Source of the DNA: Marsupella aquatica
Lineage: Eukaryota > Plantae > Marchantiophyta
Assembly: GCA_973895155.1 (NCBI GenBank)
Contig: OZ316891.1
Span: forward strand, 6,667,708-6,731,707
Direction: 5' to 3'
Length of the DNA stretch: 64,000 nucleotides
In this document: positions 20,529 through 33,028 of the stretch, one piece after another
How positions within the stretch are numbered: position 1 is the first letter of the stretch
Layout of the letters: each line of letters begins with the position of its first letter
The notes under the pieces: model-generated
The model's input: the letters and a program-made list of their open reading frames with translations, nothing else
Database searches by the model: none
Told to the model about the DNA's origin: nothing
Translations under genes and position numbers: made by a program

Positions 20529-23500
20529 ATGGCAGGAGGAGGGGGCCTCTCCGCCCTCGTGGGCAAGCAACAGAAGCAGCACAGGAAACCGAAGTCGGGC
20601 CCCGCAGCGCAGAAGAAGGCCGAGACTGACAAGAAGAAACGAGGTGTCTCCGATGGCTCCAAACAAAACAATCCCAAGGTGAAAAGGAAAAAAAGAGAAC
20701 ACTGAAAATCATGTGTTGGTTTTCGCCCAATTTTTTGTTCCGTCATTGTGTGTTGGTTATGCCAAATTTATGTCAGATTCGCTCTTCGTGATGAGCGGCG
20801 GAGCGATTCATTTTGAGTTGTGAAGTCTCACATTGGGCTTGAATTTCAGGCATTTACTTTCAATTCCGCTGCGAAAGCGAAGCGGTTGCAAGCTAGAAGC
20901 GCGGAGAAAGACCAACGTAGACTTCATGTTCCCGTGGTCGACCGCTCATCAGGGGAACCGCCTCCGTTTGTCATCGTTGTTCAGGGACCTCCGCAGGTAT
21001 TTCGGTTGGCAACTTTAAAAGGATTCATTAGTACATGGAATCTCTATTTCTAAGTACATTTGATTAATGTATTTCGAAGCGAATGCAACTGCTCCTGAGT
21101 CTGAAGGTCCATGGTTGCTACGCAGGTCGGGAAGACTCTGTTGATTAAATCCCTCGTCAAACACTACACCAAACACAACATGTCAGACGTACGGGGTCCT
21201 ATCACTGTAGTTTCAGGTATATTCGTATTGTATACTTGTTTCTTTCATGATAAAATTCTCACACGAACTTCAAATTCACCAATTTGACAATGAGGCAATG
21301 CAATCTACTGAGCTCGAGGGACAGCACGCTAAGAAATTGAAATAAACCTGAAATAACTCTGTCTAGGGACGCGGGTGCATTCAGCTCAATTTTGAGGGCA
21401 GAGCTGAATTAAAATTGTACCGTTGCCGACTTTCATTGGATTTTGAGACCGGCACTGGCTGCGAAATTTGAGCTTGAAAGTAACATGCTTGATGCCTACT
21501 GTGTAACAGGCAAACATCGGAGATTGCAATTTGTGGAATGTGCAAATGATATCAATGCCATGATTGATGCTGCGAAGTTTGCAGATCTTGTACTCCTCCT
21601 TGTAGATGGCAGCTATGGTTTTGAAATGGTCAGTTTGATCTCTATGTGGACCTTTATTTTAGGGTTTAGAAAAAAAGTGTTAGAGTTGAGTCATTTTCAA
21701 AGTGCAAAGAAAGCCTAGGGTGTAATTACATTATTCTTAACTGGTACCTAGTTTAAAAGTCATATCTTCTAATATCTCTGTCTGGTTATTTTCCAGGAAA
21801 CTTTTGAATTTCTCAATGTACTACAGGTTCATGGATTTCCTAAAGTAATGGGAGTCCTCACACACCTCGATCAGTTCAAAGACCCTAAGCGTTTGCGTAA
21901 GACCAAAAAACGTCTGAAGAATAGGTTTTGGACCGAGATTTATGATGGGGCAAAATTGTTTTACCTATCGGGCCTTGTATACGGGAGGTACGTACGTTTC
22001 AATGACCGATGATCTCTGTTGTGCCATAGTTGCCTTTGACTAGCTTCTTATTTAACGGTTCATTCAGAGCTGGAGATTCATTTGTAACTCATGTGCAAAG
22101 AGGTGTTTACTAACTATTCGAGTTCACAGGTACCCAAAACGAGAGGTTCACAATCTGGCAAGATTTATCTCTGTAGCTAAATTCAGGCCGTTGCTGTGGC
22201 GCATCAACCATCCGTACATACTTGCAGATCGTTTTGAGGATGTGACTGCCCCTGAAAAAGTTCATGATGACCCCAAATGTGACCGGAATGTGACCATATA
22301 TGGCTATCTGCGCGGCAGTAATCTTAAGCATGATATGAAGGTATTTAAACATTGCTGAATCGAATAGTCATAATATTTGCTTGAGGGCTTTTGGCCGTGC
22401 TTACTCCAATTTGAACTTGACATGGAGGAAATCCTCTGCAAATGTGTAGCTCAAATGACCTCTGCAAATGTCAACAGACCCCACTACTTGAAATAAAATT
22501 CGATTGTCAATTCGATTGTCAACAGGTTCACATTGCCGGTGTGGGAGACTGCAAGCCGGCTGGTATCGCAGCCTTGCCAGATCCCTGTCCTCTACCTTCG
22601 GTTGCAAAGAAAAAGGGTCTTAGAGAGAAGGAAAAACTTCTTTATGCGCCTATGTCAGATGTGGGAGACATGTTGTACGACAAGGACGCTGTTTACATCA
22701 ACATCAATGACCACCAACTAACGTACTCACAGCCCGAAGAGAAAGAGGGTGAATTACCAGATCCAAAAGCAGGTATATTTTGTTAGGGTCCTGGTTGCCT
22801 AAGCTTTCATGTTAGTTTCCAAGAGAATCGATCTTCTTCATAGCTTGTGAGACCAATTACAATAACATGTGTATGGGGGTTGTCCCTACTATGAAACGTA
22901 ACCCAGGGTTGAACCTACCTTAACTCATCAATCACTGGAAGTAGTGGTAGTTGTTACAAAGGTTGGCATTGGAGCAGCTTAAACAGAAGTATGCAAAATA
23001 TGTCTGATTTTTTTATAGTCATTATTCAGTCGATCTACCAGTACCTGAGCAATCTGAGCATTCTCATTACAATTTGACCGATCTTTCAGGCAAGGAGAAT
23101 ATGGATGTGGGCGAGGCTATGGTCAAAACACTGCAAAAGACAAAGTACTCTATCAACGACAAGCTTGAGCAAAGTTTTATTCAACTGTTTAAGGGTGCTG
23201 CTCCAATAAGTGTACCAGGTAATGATGATGATGCCGATGCTTCGAGCGACGATGGTGATGATGCTTCCAGTGATGACGACGAGGATGGGAACACCATGGG
23301 CGAAAATGAAGGTATCTCAGATTCAGAGGATGAGGAGATGGATGACGAAAAACCGGCGGAAGATACTAAACTGGCTCTTGCCCGAGATGTGGCTAATGGA
23401 CAGATTAAGGATGGGAAGATGGATGATCGGAGCTCTGAGAGTGACGAAGAAAACGTAGGACACAGTAGCTCAGAAGATGATGGGGACTCTGATCAAATGC

Positions 23501-26500
23501 AAGAATTGACAGAAGCTACTGAAAGTAGTGACGATTCTGATTCGGATTCTGATTCCAGTGATGGCGGTAAAGCCAGACTTGGCGGGTCCAAAATTAAGAC
23601 AGGAAATGGGTCATCCAAGCAGGCAAGTGCGATGAAACCTACAAAAGGCTTAACACAGCCGTCTCTGAAGAATGGTATGCCCAAAGAAGTGAAGGAGCTT
23701 GAGAATGGAAGGTTGAGACGAAGAGCAGTGTTTGTTGATGAAGAGGGAGACGCACCTCCATCGTCGGAGAAGAAGATTGAGGAGACGATTGATTTCGAAG
23801 AAACAAGTGGTGATGATGATTCAGAGGATGAGTATATTGACGCAGATGCCAAGAAGGTAGATCCGGTTGTCTTTCAGTTTCTTCTGGCGGGCGGAACTCT
23901 CTGTCACTTGATTTTTAGTGAGTAGGAGCAGCCAGAATTAGAAGTGCAAATCATCTGCTTTATCATGTAATGTCTCACTCCCCTGACTCTCTTGCTCTTG
24001 TCTCAGACCCCGGGGGAGAATGTTACGAGCAGCAGTGATGACGAGGATGACGAAAGTGGAGAGGATGACGATCAAGCCACAGATCCCCTACCGGTTGATG
24101 CAAGCGGCACCCTTGTCACAGCGTCAAATGGTCAGCTGACCAATATAAAGAAATCTGATGACCTTATCGGGAAAGGTCTGTATAGCTGAGATCCGTAACG
24201 TACTTACATATCCTTGAAACACGTGTCAGCCCAGACCTCTCACCGCAATTCTTATGATTACTGTTGTGGACCAGTAATCGTGTATCTTTGCTCGTGCAGT
24301 ATATGGGCAGCAACTGGGCAATGCTGCAAGGTGGAAGGAAGGACTTGTCTCCCGAGCGGCTGCGATAGCAAAGCAGAAAGTGAATTTAATGCATCTTGTT
24401 TATGGCCGTCCTGGAGCGAAATCCTCTCACGAAAGATCTCAAATGGATGGTGAGTCGGATGACAGCGAGGAAGAGGAGATATTCAGACTAAGACAAAATT
24501 CTCATAAGGTAAAACTTTGTAAAATAATCACATTGGTCTCTTTCACGCATAGAACTGTAGGTGATGAAGCATTTAGCCACATCGATGGAGATCCTTCATT
24601 TGATTCCTACATTCACGACGAGTGCACCAAGGACAAATTCTCCAATGTGTTTCTGGTTCTATTTGTATTTTCCTCTTATCCTGATAGGTGATGGCTCACT
24701 TTGGCACCAGGGTGCTAGCAGCGCAGGTGCTGCTGACAGGGATGATTCCAATGCCGATGACTGCTCAAAGCTTGTCATGGATTCCAACGTTTTGAACGAA
24801 TGGCTCAGTGATGAAATGGTCGAATCCGTTCGAGATCGTTTTGTCACCGGAGATTGGAACAAGGCAGCGCGACGAGAAAGAGGTGAAGGAGATGAAGATG
24901 GTGAGGGTGGTAATGATGAGGAAGTTTTTGGGGATTTTGAGGACCTTGAAACTGGTGAGCGTTATGGAGCTTCTGAACCCGTGGATCCTGGAAAGGAAGA
25001 AGGTAGTACAGGTGAGGGGTTAAAGAAATCGGAAACAGCAGAGGAGGCTGAGAGGAGACTTAAGAAGCTTGCCTTGCGAGCCAGATTTGACTCTCAATTC
25101 GATGGCGGACCGGAACCTTTGGAAGATGATTTAGGCCAATCTTCGAAAGCAAAAAGTAAGCCTCACCAACGTGATGGAGATGAACCCGGAGAGAAGGACT
25201 ATTTTGACAAGGTATCTTTCGTTAATGTGTGCAGTTTGGGCAGATCTCCTAGATTGATTGCGCTAGTTGGCTACTTGCTACAGTTTTCTCCCTTTAACTT
25301 TCAAACTTGCTATGTAGGATTCATTATGTGAGGTGACTGCTTCCTTAATGACTCTCTCCAACCTCTATACCATGGATAGTGTTTCTTATTTAAAACTGGC
25401 TTTCGGCATTGCCGTTTGTGACGCAGATGAAAGATGAAATTGAATTAAGGAAGCAGAAGAATCTTGCAGAACTTGGGGAGATTGACGAAAGCACCAGATT
25501 AGAAATGGAGGGTTTCAGAGGTGGGACTTACCTGCGAATAGAACTTCATGGCATGCCCTGTGAGATGGTCCAATATTTTGACCCCTGCCATCCAATTCTT
25601 GTGGGAGGCGTCGGCAGAGGCGAGGAGGGTGTTGGCTACCAGAAGGTACTGAAGCATTCCCTATAGCATTTCACACTTCTTTTTCTGATTACCTGCTCCA
25701 TTCAATATAGCTGGACACAAACATGGTTTGATAGGGGCAAAACTCTGGTTGTCCACGGAGTGAACAGAATGGAATAGTTGCCTGTTTAAAAATGGTTCCT
25801 TTAGACTATCTATTTGAACCTCAAATAATCTAAGAAAATTGCTTTGTAACTATGGATTTCCTCAGAATGTAACTCCTACGGTGTCTATTTGGTCAATTTT
25901 CAGAGTCAATGGATTTAATATTATTGAGACATCCATGAATTAAACTGTAAAATACACGGTTTAACTTGTGCTGCCGCGAATCTACTTGCTTGGAGCTGAG
26001 CTGGATGACCCTTTTCAACCCAGGTGCGATTCAAGAAGCACAGATGGCATAGGAAAGTGTTGAAGAATCGAGATCCCATCATTATTTCGGTGGGCTGGAG
26101 ACGCTATCAAACTGTGCCTGTTTACTCTTTAGAGGATCGAAACGGACGGCAACGAATGTTGAAGTATACTCCAGAGCATATGCACTGCTTGGCCACCTTC
26201 TGGGGCCCTTTAGCACCACCAAATGCCGGCCTAGTTGCTTTTCAAAACCTCTCAAATAGTCAGGTCCGTATTCCCCTTGTGTGCGGTGACATTTTCTCCT
26301 TGATCTTTCATACCCATTTTGGTTGCATTTCTAATCTTCTTTCTGGTTTGGACAGGCATCCTTTCGTATCAGTGCGACAGGAGTGGTACTAGAAGTGGAT
26401 CAAGCAGTACAAATTGTAAAGAAGTTAAAACTTGTAGGGTATCCATACAAAATATTCAAGAAAACTGCTTTTGTGAGGGACATGTTCACGAGTGCATTGG

Positions 26501-27958
26501 AGGTGGCAAGATTTGAAGGAGCAGCAGTGCGAACTGTCAGTGGCATCCGTGGCCAAGTAAAGAAGGTATGAAGGACGGAGGCTTTATTGAAATTCTGCGT
26601 CCTTCTGGCAGAGTTGTGAGATGTGAGGCTTGTGCCACGATGCTCTCTTTTGGATTGTATTTCACTTTATTCTTCTCTAGGAAAGGTTTACCATAGTGAC
26701 CTGACAAGCAAGTGCTTTGGTGCGGCTTAAGAGTACTCTGAAGTAGTCTGCGGTGAGAGAGGGCCGATTGTTCTATACACTATTGCGATGTTGTTTCTGG
26801 TCCTCTCTTGGATGGCTTCATTCGGAGTTCTAGATATACAAGCTTATGGCACTAATGAAATATTCCCTTGGCAGGCGGTGAAGACGGGGAATGGAAGAGA
26901 AGGGAGTGTGCGATGTACGTTTGAAGACAAAATCCTCATGAGTGACATAGTCTTTCTTCGGGCTTGGACACGTGTTGACATACCACGGTTTTACAACCCA
27001 GTTACAACTCTGTTACAAGCACGAAATGTGGTGTGGCGAGGCATGAAGACTGTGGCAGAACTGCGTCGAGAGAAAAAAATACCTATTCCCGTGAACAAAG
27101 ACTCTTTATATAAGGTCAGACAATCGAATTGTACTCTTTTATTAAGCTGCGCCATTTTCCTTTTCCTCGTTTTAGGTGGACGTAAACTCTTCATGGTCTA
27201 AATGGTTGTAATTATTGGAAGCTTCCATTGTAAGCTTCACTAAATTCAGTCCGGAGTACTGAACAGATCACCTTTTACTGAAGGATGAGGTGATTACTTT
27301 TGAGATTGTTTTTGAATTATTTCTGGGTATTTGCATTGCAGCCAATAGAAAGACAACCTCGAAAATTCAATACTTTGAAGATACCCAAGGGCCTACAGGC
27401 TGCGCTGCCATTTGCTTCTAAACCGAAGCATCAAAAGAAGCGAAAAGAAGCGACACTAGAGGCCAAACGTGCTGTGGTGTTGGAACCTCATGAGCGGAAG
27501 TTGTTTACTCTGGTTCAGCAACTGAACACCATCCGCAAAGAGAAGGTTGGCTAGCTGTACTTCAGTTGTTGGTTCTGTGTCCACTGAGTGATGTTTCCAA
27601 GTTCAATAATTGCTCTTAAGGTTTGTTCAATTATTTTGTATTGGTTTAATAATTGCTTATGGCAATGGGGTGTAAGGTTGAGGACTGGCTGAAAGCATTT
27701 TTGTGAGTTTGAATGGGAAAAATATCAGTGGTACGCAGCTGTGATTGATTTGCTTTGAATTCTGTCTCGCTACAGGTAAAGAAGAGGAAGGTGCAAAATG
27801 AAAAGAGAAGAAAGGTTCACGAACTGAAACTATCAAAAGATGAGGAGGCCAGCAAGTTACGACAAAGGGAAGTTAGACGGAAGAGATACAGAGAAGAAGC
27901 AGCACAAGCTAGAAGCCAAGAAGGGCGCTTTAGCAAAGGCAAGAAAGCGCGGGTTTAA
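20529..27958 (+). CDS. BMS1: Ribosome biogenesis GTPase BMS1, ~17 exons (20529-20678, 20850-20996, 21126-21216, 21510-21628, 21797-21987, 22130-22340, 22526-22772, 23090-23856, 24007-24175, ~24300-24508, 24711-25211, 25427-25646, 26024-26263, 26356-26565, 26875-27114, 27342-27546, 27776-27958)
   Basis: NPKAF, P-loop [76 protein letters not shown], with GT-AG introns. Confidence 0.96.
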
Positions 27959-29291
27959 GTATTTCGTAGTCAGGTATTTGTATGTATTTTAGAAGCTTAG
28001 TGCCTTCGTCAAGAAAGTTCCGAGAAAATGTATCAGTCATGAGAAGTTTTGATCACAAAGGAGGTTTCGCAGCATGATTTTTTTGCTTGAAGTATTTAAA
28101 AACCATCTATCTGTGGAATGCTGTACCTGTTTGCAACACTGGGCAACGAAATGCTGAGAAGCAGGAAACTGCCAAATCTGGCACTTTGTTCTTCTTTCAC
28201 TCTACCCGTATTTAGAATTGTTGGAACATGACTCCATATGTGAAGAGCACAAGCAGAACTGTGTGAAAAACTAGTCTGCTTTTTGTCACAGAGGGAGTGC
28301 ACATAGCGCCCCTGCGTCCTAACTAACAAGTAGAAGTTCCTTTTAAAAGTGGGCTGTCTTCTCACTTTCGAATGGGTTCTAAGGGATGTGGACTTTGAAA
28401 ACAAAGTTTCTTTCTGAAGCAAAACAAGTCTCCCGGTTCGGGTTTGAGACGTAGACCTCCAAAGTCAATTACTAGTTCCAAACCATAAGGAAAATTAGAG
28501 TTATATGTATACGGAAGGATGAGAGACATGGTGACCACTCTGATCAAAGGCTAAAAAGGAGTTACCTGAAAAGCCTCTGAGAACAGGATGATAGACATGA
28601 GAACAGGATGATAGACATGGTGACCACTCTGATTAAAGGCTAAAACGAAGTTACCTGAATTAAAAGCAGCCAAGTTAAATCGGCCAATAAATACATAAAG
28701 GAGAAGATTACATAAGGAGAAAATACTGGGTGAGTTATTTCCTCTCTTTTTGGATAAAGCTTCCCCTGACACAAGAAATTGTCACCCTAAACTCTACCAT
28801 TCACCCTACCTCTGAATTTAAGAAATCCTTAAAAAAGACTACTCCAGAATCAGCTTAATCTCTTCCCATCTAACTATATATTCCTAACCTAAAGCTACTC
28901 TTGAGGGCCTGTGGTCCAGAGTGAAACCTCCAAAACCATGACTCTGACCATGACTATAGGGGAAGAATTGAGGTTGGAGGTGGTGAACCTGGATGAATCT
29001 GCCTTGACTCTAGGGGCAAAATTAGAGTTGGAGGTGGTAAACCTGGATTGGTCTAGGGTGAATCTATGAAAATGGGGCAGCAGACTTAAATGTACTCATT
29101 TCTATTCTTGACTCAAGTGAAACTGAAGTTGGGGGTGGACCCCGGGTGGAAAATGGGGATTAAAGGCAGGGTGAAATCTTTTAAAGTGGAGAGCAGATAA
29201 TTACATAATCATCAATTTATATTCAACAGTCTTTTACTAACCTGTCCCCCAAACTATCAAATATTACTAACATGTCCTGCAAACAAAATTA

Positions 29292-29690
29292 ATTATCAAC
29301 CCGCCCCATTTTGTATTTGGGTTAGTATTAACTTGTATATAGGTTCCCATTGCCATGTGGTAAGTTGCTATTGGCTAGCCACCTCTTGCCCACTGGCCTG
29401 ACTTGACCCCCCTTGGCCCCCCTTCCCCTTGCCCATTGCAGGGCACATGATGGGGCTGGGAGGGGTGAAAACACATTGTTGTTTGCTCTGCACTTCCCTC
29501 ACAGATCCTCTCACAAAGATCTGACACTTTTGGCCTCAATTTTACTCAGGAAAACACACTGGGGAAGGCAAAGTGGGGCTGGGGGTTGGGGGGGTTAAGG
29601 CTAGCCAGTAGCAACTTGCCACATGGCAATGGAAACCTGTATACAAGTTGATACTAACTTAAATACAAAATGAAGGGGCGGGTTGATAAT
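29292..29690. mobile_element. Foldback/MITE-like element with ~90-bp inverted arms (29292-29380, 29599-29690)
   Basis: attatcaacccgcccc...ttggctagcc is the near reverse complement of ggctagcc...ggggcgggttgataat. No TSD identified. Confidence 0.6.
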
Positions 29691-29933
29691 GAATTTGTGG
29701 TGAAACCTCATGGACCCAGGTTTTGTCTTGGCTACCCATCTTCCCCTAAAGACAACGCAAGGGCATTGTATTCAAGTTTTGACTATGAGTTTTTGGTTTT
29801 TGAATTTGCAGGGCATTGTCTTTGAAAATGGGCGTTGTGTCCAAATATTAACATTGTCATATGATCCATGATTCTGTCTTTGTTTATGCCAATGTAGAGC
29901 AGTTTAGAGTCAAAACTCAAACACTGTCCAACT

Positions 29934-30151
29934 TGAACACAACACTAATATTTGAACACTGCACCCAAGCTTTGTATTCAAGTTCAATAAAGTTTTCAAA
30001 CACAACATGAATATTTGAACACTCCACCCAAGCTTTGTATTCAAGTTCAATAATGTTTTCAAACACAACACTAATATTTGAACACTGCACCCAAGCTTTG
30101 TATTCAAGTTCAATAATGTTTTCAAACACAACGCCATTTTCAAACACAACA
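29934..30151. repeat. 63-bp tandem repeat, ~3.3 copies
   Basis: cacaacactaatatttgaacactgcacccaagctttgtattcaagttcaata starts at about 29938, 30001 and 30064. Confidence 0.9.
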
Positions 30152-32338
30152 CCATGACTCTCTGTTCAGGGGAATAATTTGGTTTTCTCTTAAACCGTTA
30201 CTAGTTAGTCATATGAAAGGGATAATTGTCCCATATTTCTCTGTTTTTCACATCCAGGTTTTGTCATGGCTATGGTAATTGTGGTTTAAAATTTATAAAA
30301 TAACCCTTCCGTTTATTATTTCAAGATGTACTGAAAATGATACCCCTGATCTGGATGGCAGGTGAGGGCAGGGCATCCATGCACGTGCCAGCAGGTGGGC
30401 AGGTAGGACACGGATCGGCCAATCGACACCCTCAAATCAGCGATCTGTCTGTGAAACTCTCAATATATTGGATTATGAATGATATGAATGATATGAACGA
30501 TTGAAAATTCAGAAGATTCACACTGAAGGATTTGGGAGAATCAATCCTTCTCAGCGCCGGAGAAGGATTGAAATTTGCATCTTTCTCGTGCTTTTCTGAT
30601 GTTGCTTGCTGCTGTGGAAATGACTGTTCATGCATGAACGAGGTACTTGTGCAGCGAACTCATCCATGCAAGCTTTTTCTCCCCGCTCTCTGTCCCTCAC
30701 TCTTTCCATGTTAAATTCGCTGACGAGTGAGGTGCACACATGTACAACGGTTGGGTTGTCAATCGCTTCGACAATTTTTCATTGGAAAACGTTGTGCAGC
30801 CGCGAAAAGTGGGTAACGAGAGAAATAATAGGAGTGAAGTTGGGATCGGCCTGAGTGTGTCACAATTCGTGTGCTGCTTTCACTGAGCACCTCACGAGGA
30901 AGAAGTGACGAGAGGTCGTTCTTGTCTGAGGTGGCGGACATTTGAAAGACAGTCAACAAGAAAGCTACGAACAGTGAAGTTCATTGTAATTAAAGAAATG
31001 AACTCATTCGGTGTCTTGCTGCAAAAGTAAATTTCAGTTTCATGTAGTGAGTGTTTCAAAGCCAAAATCCTTCAGTGAGTATGATTCTTCTGACGACTTC
31101 CATCCCAAGCCAGCCCAGGCGAGGATGATCCACTGCTGTAGAATGTCGCAGAAAATTTAATCTGCAGTTCGGAGCCATGCATGTGTACCTGGCTTTGCCT
31201 GAAAGATAGGTAGACATAATACTTAAGTTATCCGGAATGATACGGATTTGAAGGGGGCAAACAGGTAGATCTATAATGCGTTCCGCCAATATTTCCCATA
31301 TTCTTATGAATCTTATCGATTGAAAGAATCTGCAGGGTTTTGGGGAAGGTCCGACGGAAGTTCCGAGGGAAGTCGGTGGCGATCTAACGAGGCAATGGCC
31401 CTTACTCAGTTCTGGACGTGCATATATGATGCCTTTTAGAACCCTCATGCCTGCCACTCAGGATGTCGAGGACTCTGTTATCCTAGTTTACAATGACCAC
31501 ATCACAAATCATACTTCCGTCGATCCCCAGTTGGATGTGAACAACGGCCTTCAATGATCTTTGTTCTTGAAAATGAATCGAAACAAAACATATGGTAGCA
31601 TATTCATCAAGCTTGGTCCAGAAACCTCAAGTCTCTTCAACTGTGCATTATTTCTGCAATAGAAAGAGATTTCGGCTAAAAACATCTTCTTTGCCCTCGG
31701 ACTCCAAATCAATTTGGCAATTTCTGACTAGATAATGCGAAAGTGGACGAAACAGGAACAAAGCATAGCTACTGTCAGTTGACATTCAGATTCGTCACTG
31801 TTTCACATGGAACAGTACAGATTGAGAGAGGCTTTTCTCACAAGTCATTTTCAGGTCCTTCCCAGACTGATGTACCTACATAAAAGGATTTTTTGAAAGA
31901 GAGATAGTAATCCGCAAACTTGGAGCTCTTGCAAAAGAGAAAGTTCTGGGCTGCAACATAATCCGTACCCTCAAAGTACGTGAGGACCGTACTTTATCGA
32001 GTGCCGTGAAAGTTGCCCTTCTGGAGAAAATGTTTACCAGTCCGCCGTTACTGTAGTGATTGATAGACAGTTTAAATACCCCTGCATTGCTTTCCAGACT
32101 TAGATATTCAGCTGGCTACTACAGAGGTGAAGCTAGCTTGCCAGACATTCGGTTCACTTCCTTGCTTACGTATCCCGTGCTTGGCAACCGCACCTAAATT
32201 TGACTGCACCATCTGAGTGACCCTCTGGACTGCTCTGATTCACGGTCAGGGTCTTTTGTGTTGAGACATCCTTTATTCTTCCTTTCCTGCTACCTTAATC
32301 AGTACTAGACTTCGTTAGTTTGACGGCGGTGCAGAATC

Positions 32339-33028
32339 ATGGCCGTGCCAACTCATTTCAAAGTCCTCTTCGGTGTCTTTGTCCTGGCAGCTGTAGGCCT
32401 GGACTATATCGGAGCCACCGATCCAGACCCACTTCAAGACTTTTGTGTTGCAGATTTGAATGCTGGTGGCCCCACTGTGAACGGCTACCCATGCGTTGCA
32501 CCAGAACTCGTGACAACTGAGGACTTTGCATATTCTGGGCTGGCAATGGCTGCAAATCTGACTGGAGATCCCCTTCAGGGAAGTGGAAAATTCGCTTTCG
32601 TCGATCTGTGGCCGGCCCTCAATACCCTGGGACTGGCCCTTGCTAGGCTGGACATCAATCCCGGTGGCATCATACCGCCACACACCCACAACTTGGCGAC
32701 CGAGATCCTCTTCTGCATAAAAGGAGAGATCTACACAGGATTCGTCACCAATAGCAACAATGCCGCTGTCCCTAACAAGCTCTACGCGAAAATCGTCAAG
32801 AAGGGGGAGGCGTTCATTTTTCCAAGAGGTCTGCTGCACTTCCAACTCAACAAGGGTACAAAGCCTGCCGCGAGCATCAATGTGCTGAATGGGCAGAACC
32901 CTGGTGTTCAGCTAATGTCGGCGGCGTTGTTTGGGGCCGGGATTGATCCTGAGCTTCTCGCTAAATCATTCTTCATCTCCGAGGCCCAGGTGGCCAATAT
33001 GTCTGCCACCATAAAACAATTTTCCTGA
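32339..33028 (+). CDS. Germin-like protein (cupin), secreted, intronless CDS
   Basis: Signal peptide, DPDPLQDFCVAD, NGYPC, NTLG, PPHTH..ATE, FPRGLLHFQ. Metal ligands His, His, Glu, His are retained. Confidence 0.95.
   Translation: MAVPTHFKVLFGVFVLAAVGLDYIGATDPDPLQDFCVADLNAGGPTVNGYPCVAPELVTTEDFAYSGLAMAANLTGDPLQGSGKFAFVDLWPALNTLGLALARLDINPGGIIPPHTHNLATEILFCIKGEIYTGFVTNSNNAAVPNKLYAKIVKKGEAFIFPRGLLHFQLNKGTKPAASINVLNGQNPGVQLMSAALFGAGIDPELLAKSFFISEAQVANMSATIKQFS

Noticed and set aside
29910-30155. Repeat-protein ORFs
   Set aside because: They are translations of the 63-bp minisatellite.
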